64,000 bases of DNA from Candidatus Margulisiibacteriota bacterium (GTDB lineage Bacteria > Margulisbacteria > WOR-1 > O2-12-FULL-45-9): assembly GCA_034723395.1 (NCBI GenBank), contig JAYEOW010000004.1, positions 32,001-96,000 on the forward strand. Reading direction: 5' to 3'. Shown here in pieces: positions 9,702-19,186 of the stretch (positions are counted from its first letter, which is position 1; the number at the start of each line of letters is the position of its first letter). The position numbers were made by a program, and so were the translations under genes. The notes below the pieces were generated by a model that did no database searches, was not told the origin of the DNA, and saw only the letters and a program-made list of their open reading frames with translations.

Positions 9702-11487
9702 ATTTAATGTGAAGTTCTTTTAGCTGTTTTGGATCTACCACATCCGGCGCCCCGGTCAGCGGACAGAAAGCGGATTGAGTTTTGGGGAAGGCGATAACAT
9801 CGCGGATCGAATCCATCCCGGCTAAAAGCATCACTAAACGATCAAGTCCTAGAGCGATCCCTCCGTGCGGAGGAGCCCCATATTCGAGCGCTTCAAGAAG
9901 AAAACCAAATCTTCGTTTGGCTTCGTCTTCGGGAAAACCTAATATTTTAAATATCTTCTTCTGAACGTCCATCCGGTGGATACGGACCGACCCCCCCCCA
10001 ATCTCCGATCCATTGAGAACAAAATCATAAGCCTGCGCCTTGATCTTGCTCGGCTCTTTTATAAACCGCTCTTCGATATCATCCAGGCTTCCGTGCGGAG
10101 CGGTAAAAGGATGGTGATGAGAAGACCATCTTTTTTCGGTCTCGCCGTATTCAAAAAGCGGAAAATCGGTTACCCAGAGAAAATTAAAACTTTTTTTATC
10201 GATCAACTCCATCTTTTTACCTAATTCCAGGCGGATCTGCCCAAGGACCTGGTTAGTAAGTTTTGGTTTATCGGCCATAAAGAAAAGGACATCTCCAGTC
10301 TCCCCTTTCATATGATCGACGATCGCATTCATCTCTTCGATCTTAAAAAATTTAACGATCGGCGATTTCATTCCGCTTGGGGTGATCGCCACCCAGGCTA
10401 AACCTTTTGCGCCTAACTTTTTCGCCATCGCTTCAAAATTATCCAATTCTGCGCGTGAAAACTTAGCTCCTCCCTTTACCGTTAATCCTTTAACGATCCC
10501 GCCTTTCGCCACTGTATCCCTAAAAACCTTAAACTCAACATTTTTAACGATATCAGTAAGTTCGACCATTTTAAGCTCAAACCTGGTATCCGGCTTGTCG
10601 GTCCCATACATCCGCATTGCATCTTCCCAGGTCAATCTCGGAAACGGCGGTTTTACTTTTGGGACCGTGATCCCGCGATACATATCAATATCTTTCTCCA
10701 GCACCGCCATAACCTCCACCATCACCTTTTCGATCGTATCCATAATAATCTGTTCGGTACAAAAAGACATTTCAATATCAACTTGAGTAAATTCCGGCTG
10801 GCGGTCGGCCCGCAGGTCTTCGTCACGAAAACAGCGGACAATCTGGTAATATCTTTCCATCCCCGCCACCATCAAGAGCTGTTTGAATAATTGGGGTGAC
10901 TGCGGGAGCGCATAAAACTTTCCCGCGTTTACACGGCTTGGGACCAGGAAATCTCTCGCCCCTTCGGGAGTAGATTTAGTTAAGAATGGGGTTTCGATCT
11001 CCAAGAATCCCTCTTTATCCAGGCAATCTGACATCGCTTTGGCAATTTTATGGCGGAAGATCAGGTTCTCTCTCATCTTATCTTTGCGCAGGTCTATATA
11101 ACGGTATTTTAAACGGATATTTTCATCCGGTTCGGTGCGGGCGTCGGCCACTTCGATCGGCGGAGTTTTTGCGGTATTTAATATATCAAGTTCAGAGACC
11201 GCGATCTCGATCTCGCCGGTTGGAATATTCTTGTTTACCGTCTCTGGAGAACGGGCAAGCACCTGACCTTTTATGCTGATCACAAATTCGGGACGAAGTT
11301 TCTCGGCAAGTTGATGAAGTTTACTGTTTACCTGGCCGAATACTACCTGGACAATCCCGGAACGGTCGCGAAGGTCGACAAAAATAAGCCCGCCATGGTC
11401 GCGGCGGCGGTGGACCCAGCCAGCGAGGGTTACTTCGGAATCAATATCCTTTGATCTTAACTCTCCGCAATTTCTGGATCTGAACAC
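9694..11487 (-). CDS. aspS: Aspartate--tRNA ligase, probably non-discriminating (Asp/Asn)
   Basis: [53 protein letters not shown]; His and Gly residues typical of ND-AspRS. Confidence 0.97.
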   Translation of the reverse strand: MFRSRNCGELRSKDIDSEVTLAGWVHRRRDHGGLIFVDLRDRSGIVQVVFGQVNSKLHQLAEKLRPEFVISIKGQVLARSPETVNKNIPTGEIEIAVSELDILNTAKTPPIEVADARTEPDENIRLKYRYIDLRKDKMRENLIFRHKIAKAMSDCLDKEGFLEIETPFLTKSTPEGARDFLVPSRVNAGKFYALPQSPQLFKQLLMVAGMERYYQIVRCFRDEDLRADRQPEFTQVDIEMSFCTEQIIMDTIEKVMVEVMAVLEKDIDMYRGITVPKVKPPFPRLTWEDAMRMYGTDKPDTRFELKMVELTDIVKNVEFKVFRDTVAKGGIVKGLTVKGGAKFSRAELDNFEAMAKKLGAKGLAWVAITPSGMKSPIVKFFKIEEMNAIVDHMKGETGDVLFFMADKPKLTNQVLGQIRLELGKKMELIDKKSFNFLWVTDFPLFEYGETEKRWSSHHHPFTAPHGSLDDIEERFIKEPSKIKAQAYDFVLNGSEIGGGSVRIHRMDVQKKIFKILGFPEDEAKRRFGFLLEALEYGAPPHGGIALGLDRLVMLLAGMDSIRDVIAFPKTQSAFCPLTGAPDVVDPKQLKELHIKSI

Positions 11488-11642
11488 GAATCTACTTCCT
11501 TCTTCTGGTCAATAGTGATAAAAATCTCTTCGGTAGAATAAACGCTCATCCCTTTACAGCGAGGGCATTTAATTTCGACTTTACACATTCCTTCTATCCT
11601 GGCTAATAATCTATTACAATTTTGGCATCTAAAATCTTTCAT
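11457..11642 (-). CDS. Com-family (Mu-like) zinc-ribbon protein
   Basis: [11 protein letters not shown]...[12 protein letters not shown] overlap with the hisS stop; SD GGAGG upstream. Confidence 0.82.
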   Translation of the reverse strand: MKDFRCQNCNRLLARIEGMCKVEIKCPRCKGMSVYSTEEIFITIDQKKEVDSCSDPEIAES

Positions 11643-12889
11643 TTTATTTCCTCCGTGAGAGCCTTAAATGGGACCTCTTTCTGCTCTCCCTTCTCCATCT
11701 CCTTAAGTATAGCAGATTTTTTATTAATTTCATCCTCTCCGATAATATAAACATAGCTTGCTCCAATCCGGTCGGCAATCCTCATCTGCGCCTTGAGGGA
11801 TTTGCCAAGATAATCCATATCAGCAGAGATCCCCTTCGCCCTTAGTTTTGATAGAAGATCAAAACCAACCTTTTTCGCTTCATCACCGAGTGTAGCTATA
11901 TATAATGAAATACATTGTTGGGATTTGGTCATTGGGATTTGGGATTTCATCACTTCAATTACCCGCTCAATCCCGATAGCAAACCCAACCGCTGGCGTCG
12001 GTTTTCCGCCAAATTCTTGAACTAATGTATCATAACGGCCGCCACCCGAAACCGCATTCTGCGCTCCAAGCTTAGAAGAAACTATCTCAAAAGTGGTTTT
12101 CGTGTAATAGTCCAATCCGCGAACTAACCGATTGTTTACTTTATACCGAATCACTCCATCACTTAATAACTTGATCACTTCCTGAAACTGCTCCCCGCAC
12201 TCTTCGCACAAGTAATCGACCGTCGCCGGCGCTTTTTCGATATATTTTTGGCACCCTTTTTCCTTACAGTCCAAAATCCTGAGCGGATTTTTCTTAAACC
12301 GATCCCTACAGTCACTACACATGCCTTTAACTTTATCTTTAAAGTACGCTTTCATAGCTTTTCGGAAGGCAGGTTGGCACTCTTTACAGCCGACCGAATT
12401 AATATCTACTTCGAGATTGTTTAATCCAAGTGTCTCAAAGATCTGCATGTTTAAAAGGATAACTTCGACATCAATTTTCGGATCGGCCGACCCGAAAACT
12501 TCTACTCCTGCTTGATGAAACTGGCGTTGTCTACCTTTTTGGGGACGTTCGTAGCGGAACATCGGGCCAATATAAAATAATTTGGTTAATTGTTCTGGCC
12601 GGATAAGATTGTTTTCGAGACAAGCGCGAACTACTGAAGCGGTCTCTTCGGGGCGCAAGGTTAAACTTCTCCCCTTCCGGTCTTTAAATTCGTACATCTC
12701 TTTTTTGACAATATCGGTAGTATCCCCGATCGAACGGGAAAAAAGTTCAGTTTTTTCAAAAATAGGAGTGCGGATTTCCTGGTAATTGTACAGAGAAAAG
12801 ACTTTTCGACAGCTATTTTCTAAATGCTGCCATAAAGGCGCCTCGTTAGGAAGAATATCTTTGGTCCCACGGGGGGCTGCATACTTCAT
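11639..12889 (-). CDS. hisS: Histidine--tRNA ligase
   Basis: LRPEETA, FRYERPQKGRQRQFHQ, LVRGLDYY, GGGRYD. Confidence 0.98.
   Translation of the reverse strand: MKYAAPRGTKDILPNEAPLWQHLENSCRKVFSLYNYQEIRTPIFEKTELFSRSIGDTTDIVKKEMYEFKDRKGRSLTLRPEETASVVRACLENNLIRPEQLTKLFYIGPMFRYERPQKGRQRQFHQAGVEVFGSADPKIDVEVILLNMQIFETLGLNNLEVDINSVGCKECQPAFRKAMKAYFKDKVKGMCSDCRDRFKKNPLRILDCKEKGCQKYIEKAPATVDYLCEECGEQFQEVIKLLSDGVIRYKVNNRLVRGLDYYTKTTFEIVSSKLGAQNAVSGGGRYDTLVQEFGGKPTPAVGFAIGIERVIEVMKSQIPMTKSQQCISLYIATLGDEAKKVGFDLLSKLRAKGISADMDYLGKSLKAQMRIADRIGASYVYIIGEDEINKKSAILKEMEKGEQKEVPFKALTEEIK
11920..11947 (-). repeat. Heptamer tandem repeat in the hisS linker
   Basis: AAATCCC AAATCCC AATGACC AAATCCC. Confidence 0.75.
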
Positions 12890-12905
12890 TTCGGGGAAAA
12901 TTATA

Positions 12906-13106
12906 TCATTTAACTATTTGAAAAGATAGCCACCCCGACAGCTTCAAGCCAGGGAATCGCTTTTTCAATGATCTGGGCCGCCCCAAACGGTTATATTTTA
13001 AAATATCTTCCAAAAATCCCCGTCCCAAAAATACCTTTTCCCCATTTTTAACGATAAAGAGGAATTTACCAAACAGCTTCCAGCCAAAAAAGACAATATT
13101 ACGCAA
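12906..13106 (-). CDS. Small basic hypothetical protein (66 aa)
   Basis: Open frame filling the hisS-EamA gap; TTG start after a purine-rich stretch; sigma28-like motif upstream; no recognisable domain. Confidence 0.4.
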   Translation of the reverse strand: MRNIVFFGWKLFGKFLFIVKNGEKVFLGRGFLEDILKYNRLGRPRSLKKRFPGLKLSGWLSFQIVK

Positions 13107-13218
13107 GAACCTTCTCGCCTTCCAGATCCAAAGCTTTAAAATCCTCTCAACATATCGTATTTTCAAGGCAAAAACTTGCGCTTGCTCCCCCACTTTCAAG
13201 AGGGTATAATCAAAAAAG

Positions 13219-13587
13219 ATGCACAATTTACTCTTTTGGATTATCGTTTACACTCTGATCCTGGCCTACAGCCAGGTACTCTTAAAGATTGGCGTTTCAC
13301 ATATCGGAGGGATCGGGTTTGACCATCCTGTCCAATTTTTCTTATCGATCTTCAGTAATGTTTATATAATATCCGGCACCATATTAATGGCCTCTTCCTA
13401 TTTCCTCTGGCTGGCAATCTTATCCTGGTTCAAGCTCAGCGTCGCATTCCCCCTGACGGCGATCGGCTTTATTTTTGTCGCGGTCCTCTCCTATTTTATC
13501 CTTAACGAGAAATTGCTTTTTATCAATTACGTCGGCATCCTGTTTATCGCGCTGGGGATATTCCTGCTGCTTTATAAATCTGTCTAA
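13219..13587 (+). CDS. EamA/SMR (ArnE/ArnF-like) small membrane transporter or flippase subunit
   Basis: 4 TM; SQVLLKIG, WLAILS..LSVAFPL, LNEK. Confidence 0.8.
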   Translation: MHNLLFWIIVYTLILAYSQVLLKIGVSHIGGIGFDHPVQFFLSIFSNVYIISGTILMASSYFLWLAILSWFKLSVAFPLTAIGFIFVAVLSYFILNEKLLFINYVGILFIALGIFLLLYKSV

Positions 13588-13597
13588 GGAGAAAAAC

Positions 13598-15274
13598 ATG
13601 AAAAAGATGGTTTATCTTTTACTTATTATTTCTATGCTTTATATCATCCCCGCTAGTGCCTGCACTACAACTATTGTCGGGAAAGATGCCACGACTGATG
13701 GGTCGGTTATCGTCTCCCACTCGGATGACGATGAATTGGGCGACCAGAGAATAGTCTACGTCCCGGCAAAAGACCACCCTCCAGGATCAATGCGGCCGGT
13801 CTACTATGATATAGTTTCGTTCGGGAATACCACAAACCGCTATGTCGGCGCCAGCCGCGGCCCGGCGTATCTAAATCCGGATCTTCCCCAATCAAAGCCG
13901 ATCGGATATATACCACAAGTATCGCATACTTATGCTTATTTCGACGGAAATTACGGGATCATGAACGAGCATCAGTTGATGTTTGGCGAATGCACTAACG
14001 GCGCCAAGATAGAACTGAAGCCAAAAAAAGGTGAGAGAATTTTTTACAGCGCCGGGCTCTCCCGGGTCGCGCTCGAAAGATGCAGGACCGCCCGTAAAGC
14101 GGTAGCGCTCATGGGAAAATTGATCGATAAATATGGATATTATGGCACCGGCGAAACCCTTTTAGTCGGCGACACGCAGGAAGCATGGGTTTTTGAAATG
14201 TGCTGTTCACCAGACGGCAAAGGAGGGTTCTGGGTCGCAAAAAAGGTTCCCGATAATGAGATGTTTGCCGCAGCTAACGAATTCAGGATCCGCGAAATTA
14301 CCCCGGATATGCTCCATACTGAAAAACTTTTTGAAAAAACTAAAAAAGCGGGCTGGTGGGATGGAAAAGAACCGTTCGACTGGCTGCGTGTCGTTAGCCG
14401 TGGTGAATATAACCATCCCTATTATAGCTTAAGAAGGGTCTGGAGCATTTTTAGAAGAGCAAAACCTTCTGCAAAGTTCAGCCCCTGGGTAAAAGATGGT
14501 TTTACAAAAGCCTACCCTTTCTCAATTAAGCCGGACAAAAAGCTTTCCGTTCGGGATGTAATGGCATTCCACCGCGATCATTACAATGGGACCGAATTCG
14601 ATATGACCAAAGGTCTCGCTGCCGGCCCTTTTGGAAGTCCCGATCGTTATATCGGAAAATACGACCTGACGGATTTCCCAAAAGCCAAACTATGGGGAGC
14701 ATGGGAGAGACCGATCACCGTCTTTTACGCCGGCTACTCATATATCAACCAGGCCAGGGGATGGCTCCCCGATCCAATCGGGGGAATCAGCTGGTTCGGA
14801 CCGGATAAGCCGTATGAAACCTGCTATATTCCTTTCTACGCCGGGGTAAATGATCTGCCAAGGTCATATCAGACTGGAAGCACAAAAAAATATGACCGCA
14901 AAACCGCCTGGTGGGCATTTAATTTTGTTAATAATTGGGCCAACCTTAAATACAGTTATATGATCAAAGATATCCGTACGAAACAAAAAGAGCTGGAAGA
15001 TAAAGAATTTAATAATCAGCCGACGATCGAAAAGAAAGCACTTACCCTTTATGAAAAAGACCCGAAACTTACCCGCGCCTATTTAACAAAATATTCGATC
15101 GATAACGCGGATGAGGTTGTTGGCCAATGGTGGCTGCTGGCAAATCACCTTATCGAAAAATATAGTGATGGCTATGTAAATAAACCTGAAGTCGGAAGAG
15201 AGATTGGCTACCCCGGCAAGTGGCTGCAAAAGGTCGGTTACGATAAAGGGCCAAGCACTTACGAAAAGAGGTAA
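13598..15274 (+). CDS. Secreted C69-family dipeptidase (Ntn hydrolase)
   Basis: Signal peptide ending ASA|CTTTIVGKDATTDGS; GIMNEHQL; SD AAGGAG before ATG 13598. Confidence 0.9.
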   Translation: MKKMVYLLLIISMLYIIPASACTTTIVGKDATTDGSVIVSHSDDDELGDQRIVYVPAKDHPPGSMRPVYYDIVSFGNTTNRYVGASRGPAYLNPDLPQSKPIGYIPQVSHTYAYFDGNYGIMNEHQLMFGECTNGAKIELKPKKGERIFYSAGLSRVALERCRTARKAVALMGKLIDKYGYYGTGETLLVGDTQEAWVFEMCCSPDGKGGFWVAKKVPDNEMFAAANEFRIREITPDMLHTEKLFEKTKKAGWWDGKEPFDWLRVVSRGEYNHPYYSLRRVWSIFRRAKPSAKFSPWVKDGFTKAYPFSIKPDKKLSVRDVMAFHRDHYNGTEFDMTKGLAAGPFGSPDRYIGKYDLTDFPKAKLWGAWERPITVFYAGYSYINQARGWLPDPIGGISWFGPDKPYETCYIPFYAGVNDLPRSYQTGSTKKYDRKTAWWAFNFVNNWANLKYSYMIKDIRTKQKELEDKEFNNQPTIEKKALTLYEKDPKLTRAYLTKYSIDNADEVVGQWWLLANHLIEKYSDGYVNKPEVGREIGYPGKWLQKVGYDKGPSTYEKR

Positions 15275-15279
15275 TTAGG

Positions 15280-15909
15280 ATGGTGGAAGCAGAAGGGAAC
15301 AAACAAGATCTCGGATTGACCACGAACCGAATCGAAGCGCTAACCGACGGTATTTTTGCCATCGCAATGACACTTCAGGTATTGTCGCTCAATCTCCCGG
15401 AGACGGCCAGCATCTTAAACGAAGCCGGACTGCATCATTTACTGATGGACCAATTTGATAAGTTCTTTAATTATGCGAGAAGTTTTCTTCTTTTGGCGAT
15501 CTTCTGGATCATTCACCACCAGCAGTTTCACTCGATCATTCGCACCGACCGGAAACATCTCTGGATAAATATCTTTATGCTTATGTTCGTCGCCCTGATC
15601 CCCTTTTCGACAACTCTGGTTGGAAACTTTAATAACGATTGGATGGCCGAATTCTTTTTTGGTGGGAACCTGTTTTTTGTCGGTTTGTTCATCCAGCTTA
15701 ACTGGCTCTACGCTGCCAATAATCACCGCTTAGTAAGGCGCAATTATCCGCAAGATAAAATTAATATCGGAAAGAAACGGGGAATGATCACTCCGGCCAT
15801 TTCACTGCTGGCAATGGGGATCTCGATCGTTAATCCCTCTCTGGCCTCCTACACTTATCTACTGATCCCGATCATTCTATCGCTTCCCAGCCTGAAACGA
15901 AGGGTTTAA
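15280..15909 (+). CDS. TMEM175-family potassium channel (DUF1211)
   Basis: RIEALTDGIFAIAMTL, FWIIHHQQF, LIPFST. Confidence 0.9.
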   Translation: MVEAEGNKQDLGLTTNRIEALTDGIFAIAMTLQVLSLNLPETASILNEAGLHHLLMDQFDKFFNYARSFLLLAIFWIIHHQQFHSIIRTDRKHLWINIFMLMFVALIPFSTTLVGNFNNDWMAEFFFGGNLFFVGLFIQLNWLYAANNHRLVRRNYPQDKINIGKKRGMITPAISLLAMGISIVNPSLASYTYLLIPIILSLPSLKRRV

Positions 15910-15913
15910 AAAG

Positions 15914-17269
15914 TTATTTAAGATAGTAGATCCGCGTGTTGCGATCTCTTTCCAGTTGGAGCGCGTATCCTTTTATATTATCGGTCAGGATAGAATTATT
16001 TATTGATTTATCCTTTTTAACCGGGAATACCACGTATCCAAAAATATTTTTACCTGCTGGATAAGGGGCAAAGATCAATTCCGCATTTACGCCCTTGACC
16101 TGGATATTCGACGGACTGTCTGGTGAATAAAATTTTCCATCAAGCCCGACGATCATCTTTTTCTTTCCGAAAGATAAAAACCCCTTCCTCCCCCACGAAC
16201 CCCCGGCCGCCCAATCAAGCGGCGCCGCAATTAACACATACTCAAGGCTATCTGTTTTTTCCTCATATGCATCAATAATGTTCTTCAGTTCTATATTCTT
16301 TAGTTCGTAGTACTTTATTACCTTCTCTTTAATCCCAAGATCTTCGGCCGCTTTTAGCGGCGGAACAGATTTGGCAAGGACATCCATTGGAGTTTCTCCC
16401 CCGGCAACCCTTAATTTCCACCCCTTAATCCCTTTTAGGTCCAGAATAAAACCGGCTAACGGCCCGATCGCATATGATTCTCCCTCTTTGAGCGATCCTT
16501 TATGATGAAAATTGTTGTATTTTGTTTTCCACCTCCGGGCAAACAGCTTGCGCAGATCATCATACAACTTAAGCTTAGAAGCCCCACTGCCCAGCCGACC
16601 GAACACCACCCCAAACAAGCCTACATATTCTGCCGAACCTTCCAGCCGATCGACCTCAAAGTTTCGATTCTTTTCTTCAGGAAATTGTACAGAATAAAGA
16701 TTATGCCAGTATACCGATTCACCCACAGCTCCCCGCTCTTTCTTAACAAAAGCCCGATAAAGCGCATCCATTATCATTCTCCTCAGGTAGCGCGGCCTCC
16801 AATTTTCGGGATAGATATCACCGCGAAAGGTTGCTCCAGACTTACTCTTCCATAATGCCTGCCCCACAATGTGAAAACCTTCATGGCAAAGAAGGATCAA
16901 TATATCATCAATATCATAGTTACTCTTTTCTAAAGCGACGGAAAGTGCAATCCTCTCCTTCCATTTAGATCTGCTCCAGTTGCCGTCTGTGCGTAAATTT
17001 GGCGGCAGCGCAGAATAACTAACCTCTCCAACTCCCCCCTCCTGATCTCTATTCCAAACAAAGGCCTTTTTCCCTTCATTGTCCAGCATGACCACTAAGA
17101 GATCCTTCCACCCGCTGCCCGGCCAGACATTGTTTGGGTAATCGAGCGTCGATTCGGAAAGGGCCCTCCCTACCTCTTTTGCTCCATCGATCGAAAATCC
17201 GCCCATAAAAAAAGCGGCGGAAGAAAAGGCTAAAATGAAGACCATTAAAAAGGCGGTAATCAGTTTCAT
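15914..17269 (-). CDS. Secreted putative zinc metallopeptidase
   Basis: Signal peptide; HEGFH (HExxH) plus a downstream EGSAEY gluzincin-like motif. Confidence 0.6.
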   Translation of the reverse strand: MKLITAFLMVFILAFSSAAFFMGGFSIDGAKEVGRALSESTLDYPNNVWPGSGWKDLLVVMLDNEGKKAFVWNRDQEGGVGEVSYSALPPNLRTDGNWSRSKWKERIALSVALEKSNYDIDDILILLCHEGFHIVGQALWKSKSGATFRGDIYPENWRPRYLRRMIMDALYRAFVKKERGAVGESVYWHNLYSVQFPEEKNRNFEVDRLEGSAEYVGLFGVVFGRLGSGASKLKLYDDLRKLFARRWKTKYNNFHHKGSLKEGESYAIGPLAGFILDLKGIKGWKLRVAGGETPMDVLAKSVPPLKAAEDLGIKEKVIKYYELKNIELKNIIDAYEEKTDSLEYVLIAAPLDWAAGGSWGRKGFLSFGKKKMIVGLDGKFYSPDSPSNIQVKGVNAELIFAPYPAGKNIFGYVVFPVKKDKSINNSILTDNIKGYALQLERDRNTRIYYLK

Positions 17270-17293
17270 TTCTTCCAGATTATAACATATAGG

Positions 17294-17322
17294 TTGACGG
17301 ATTATATTATATATTGTAAAAT
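17294..17322 (+). promoter_or_regulatory. Sigma70 promoter with ~130-nt 5' leader before the RRM gene
   Basis: TTGACG-N17-TAAAAT. Confidence 0.7.
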
Positions 17323-17458
17323 CAGTGCGTTAAATGGTCGAAGTTAATGATTATAAGCACATATGTTTCTGCAGACTATGTCACCAGTGTCCCCGCTATT
17401 TCGGGTCCTCGGTTTCCATTAATATCAGCAGAAAATCTATCAGGAGGAGTACAACCTT

Positions 17459-17722
17459 ATGAAAAGCTTATTTGTAGGAAATTTGGCTTGGGCAGTTACC
17501 GACGAAGACCTTAAGAACAAGTTCGTTGAATTCGGTAATGTTTTATCAGCTCGAGTGATTACCGACAAGTTTTCGGGCAAGTCCCGTGGATTTGGTTTTG
17601 TCGATATGGATGATGCGGACGCTGAAAAAGCGATCGCCGGTATGGCCGAGCAGGATTGGAATGGCCGTAAAATTACGGTTAACGAAGCCAAGCCAAGGGC
17701 CGAGCGTGGAAACCGATCTTAA
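17459..17722 (+). CDS. RRM-domain RNA-binding protein (Rbp family)
   Basis: RNP2 LFVGNL, RNP1 RGFGFV, VNEAKPR; SD AGGAGG. Confidence 0.95.
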   Translation: MKSLFVGNLAWAVTDEDLKNKFVEFGNVLSARVITDKFSGKSRGFGFVDMDDADAEKAIAGMAEQDWNGRKITVNEAKPRAERGNRS

Positions 17723-17725
17723 TTA

Positions 17726-19186
17726 GTGCCTCTCTTTTTATCAAAAAGTAAATACCTGGGGGGGCTTAGGTGCCCTAAGTTCCTCTGGTATATGTATAAC
17801 CGGAAGGATCAAATCCCGCCTCCTCCACCCGAGCTCGAAGAGGTATTTAAACAGGGGCGGATCGTTGGCGAACATGCCCAACAACTCTTTCCTGACGGGA
17901 TTAAAATCGGACGCGAATTTAATCCTAACCGGATGAGTGAAAAATCACTCAATGCCCTTTTCCGCAGCGTCCCCGTCTTTGAAGCAGGATTTGTTTGCCA
18001 CCAAGCTTATGCCCTGGCAGATATTTTAGTCCCGGCACAGAACGGGAGCTGGGACTTAATCGAGGTTAAAAGTTCGACCGGGATCAAAGAAGAGCATCTG
18101 TTGGATGCCGCTTTCCAAAAATATGTCTACTCTGGCGCCGGGGTCAAGGTTAATCGCTGTTATCTGATGCATCTTAATAAAGAGTATATCCGTAATGGTG
18201 ACCTTGAAGTTGATAAACTCTTTAAAAAGGTCGATGTTAGTGAAGAAGTGGAGCAGCTCCTCCCTGATACGCAAAAGAATATCGGAATCTTGCTTAACTT
18301 GATCAACGGACCGGAGCCAAACACGAAGATCGGCATGCACTGCAGCGAGGAATGCCCGCTTTGGGAAATATGCACCAATTCCCTACCCAAAGATAATATT
18401 TTTAATCTCCGCTCCGGAAAAAAGATCGCCCTGGCCTTGTTCGAACAAGGGATCATCCGGATCAGGGATATCCCTGAATATGTTGAGCTGAACAAGAAAC
18501 AAAAGATCCAGTTAAACTCACATCTTAACAATAAACCCTATGTCAACAAGGCAGAGATCAAAGCTTTTCTTGATGAACTTGCATATCCATTATATTTTCT
18601 CGATTTCGAAACGATCGCTCCCGCCATCCCGACTTATGATCAGACCCACCCCTATCAGGACATCCCCTTCCAATATTCCCTGCATGTTCAGAACAGCAAG
18701 GGGAGCAAACCGATCCACTACGAATACCTTGCCCCGGGAGACATCGATCCACGGCCGGAGGTATTGAAACAATTAAAGGATCGTCTTGGCAGCTCCGGAT
18801 CGATCGTCGCCTATAACGCAGCTTACGAGCTTAAATGCATTGGATCATCAGTAAAAGTTAATCCGGGATTCAAATCCTGGTTCGATCAGATCAGACTGCG
18901 CTTTGCCGACCTGCTGATCCCTTTTAAAAACTTTTATTATTACCATCCGGAACAATTAGGCAGCGCCTCCTTAAAAAAGGTCCTCCCGGCATTAACTGAT
19001 GAAAGCTATGAAGGAATGGAGATCGGAGGCGGGAGACGGGCTAGCGCAGAGTACTTAAGAATTACCTTTGATAAAGGGATAGATAATAAAGAACGTCGGG
19101 AAATAAGAAGGGCATTGACCAAGTATTGCGGTTTAGATACGCGGGGGATGATCGATATATTAGATGTGCTGGAAAAGGTTATTTAA
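17726..19186 (+). CDS. DUF2779-type protein: Cas4/RecB-like PD-(D/E)XK nuclease fused to an RNase H-like domain
   Basis: LSKSKY..G.RCPK, ADILV..DLIEVKSST, CSEECPLWEIC, FLDFET, IPFQYSLH, SLKKVLP, YC.LDT. Confidence 0.85.
   Translation: MPLFLSKSKYLGGLRCPKFLWYMYNRKDQIPPPPPELEEVFKQGRIVGEHAQQLFPDGIKIGREFNPNRMSEKSLNALFRSVPVFEAGFVCHQAYALADILVPAQNGSWDLIEVKSSTGIKEEHLLDAAFQKYVYSGAGVKVNRCYLMHLNKEYIRNGDLEVDKLFKKVDVSEEVEQLLPDTQKNIGILLNLINGPEPNTKIGMHCSEECPLWEICTNSLPKDNIFNLRSGKKIALALFEQGIIRIRDIPEYVELNKKQKIQLNSHLNNKPYVNKAEIKAFLDELAYPLYFLDFETIAPAIPTYDQTHPYQDIPFQYSLHVQNSKGSKPIHYEYLAPGDIDPRPEVLKQLKDRLGSSGSIVAYNAAYELKCIGSSVKVNPGFKSWFDQIRLRFADLLIPFKNFYYYHPEQLGSASLKKVLPALTDESYEGMEIGGGRRASAEYLRITFDKGIDNKERREIRRALTKYCGLDTRGMIDILDVLEKVI

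Noticed and set aside
11457..11642. Prophage remnant around the Com-like gene
   Set aside because: Flanked tightly by intact hisS and aspS; no phage genes or att-like repeats seen
12890..13218. T-box leader for hisS-aspS
   Set aside because: No T-box consensus seen; hisS has a -10 box 10 nt before its ATG
17726..19186. Cas4 of a CRISPR system
   Set aside because: No array or other cas genes; fused DUF2779-type architecture
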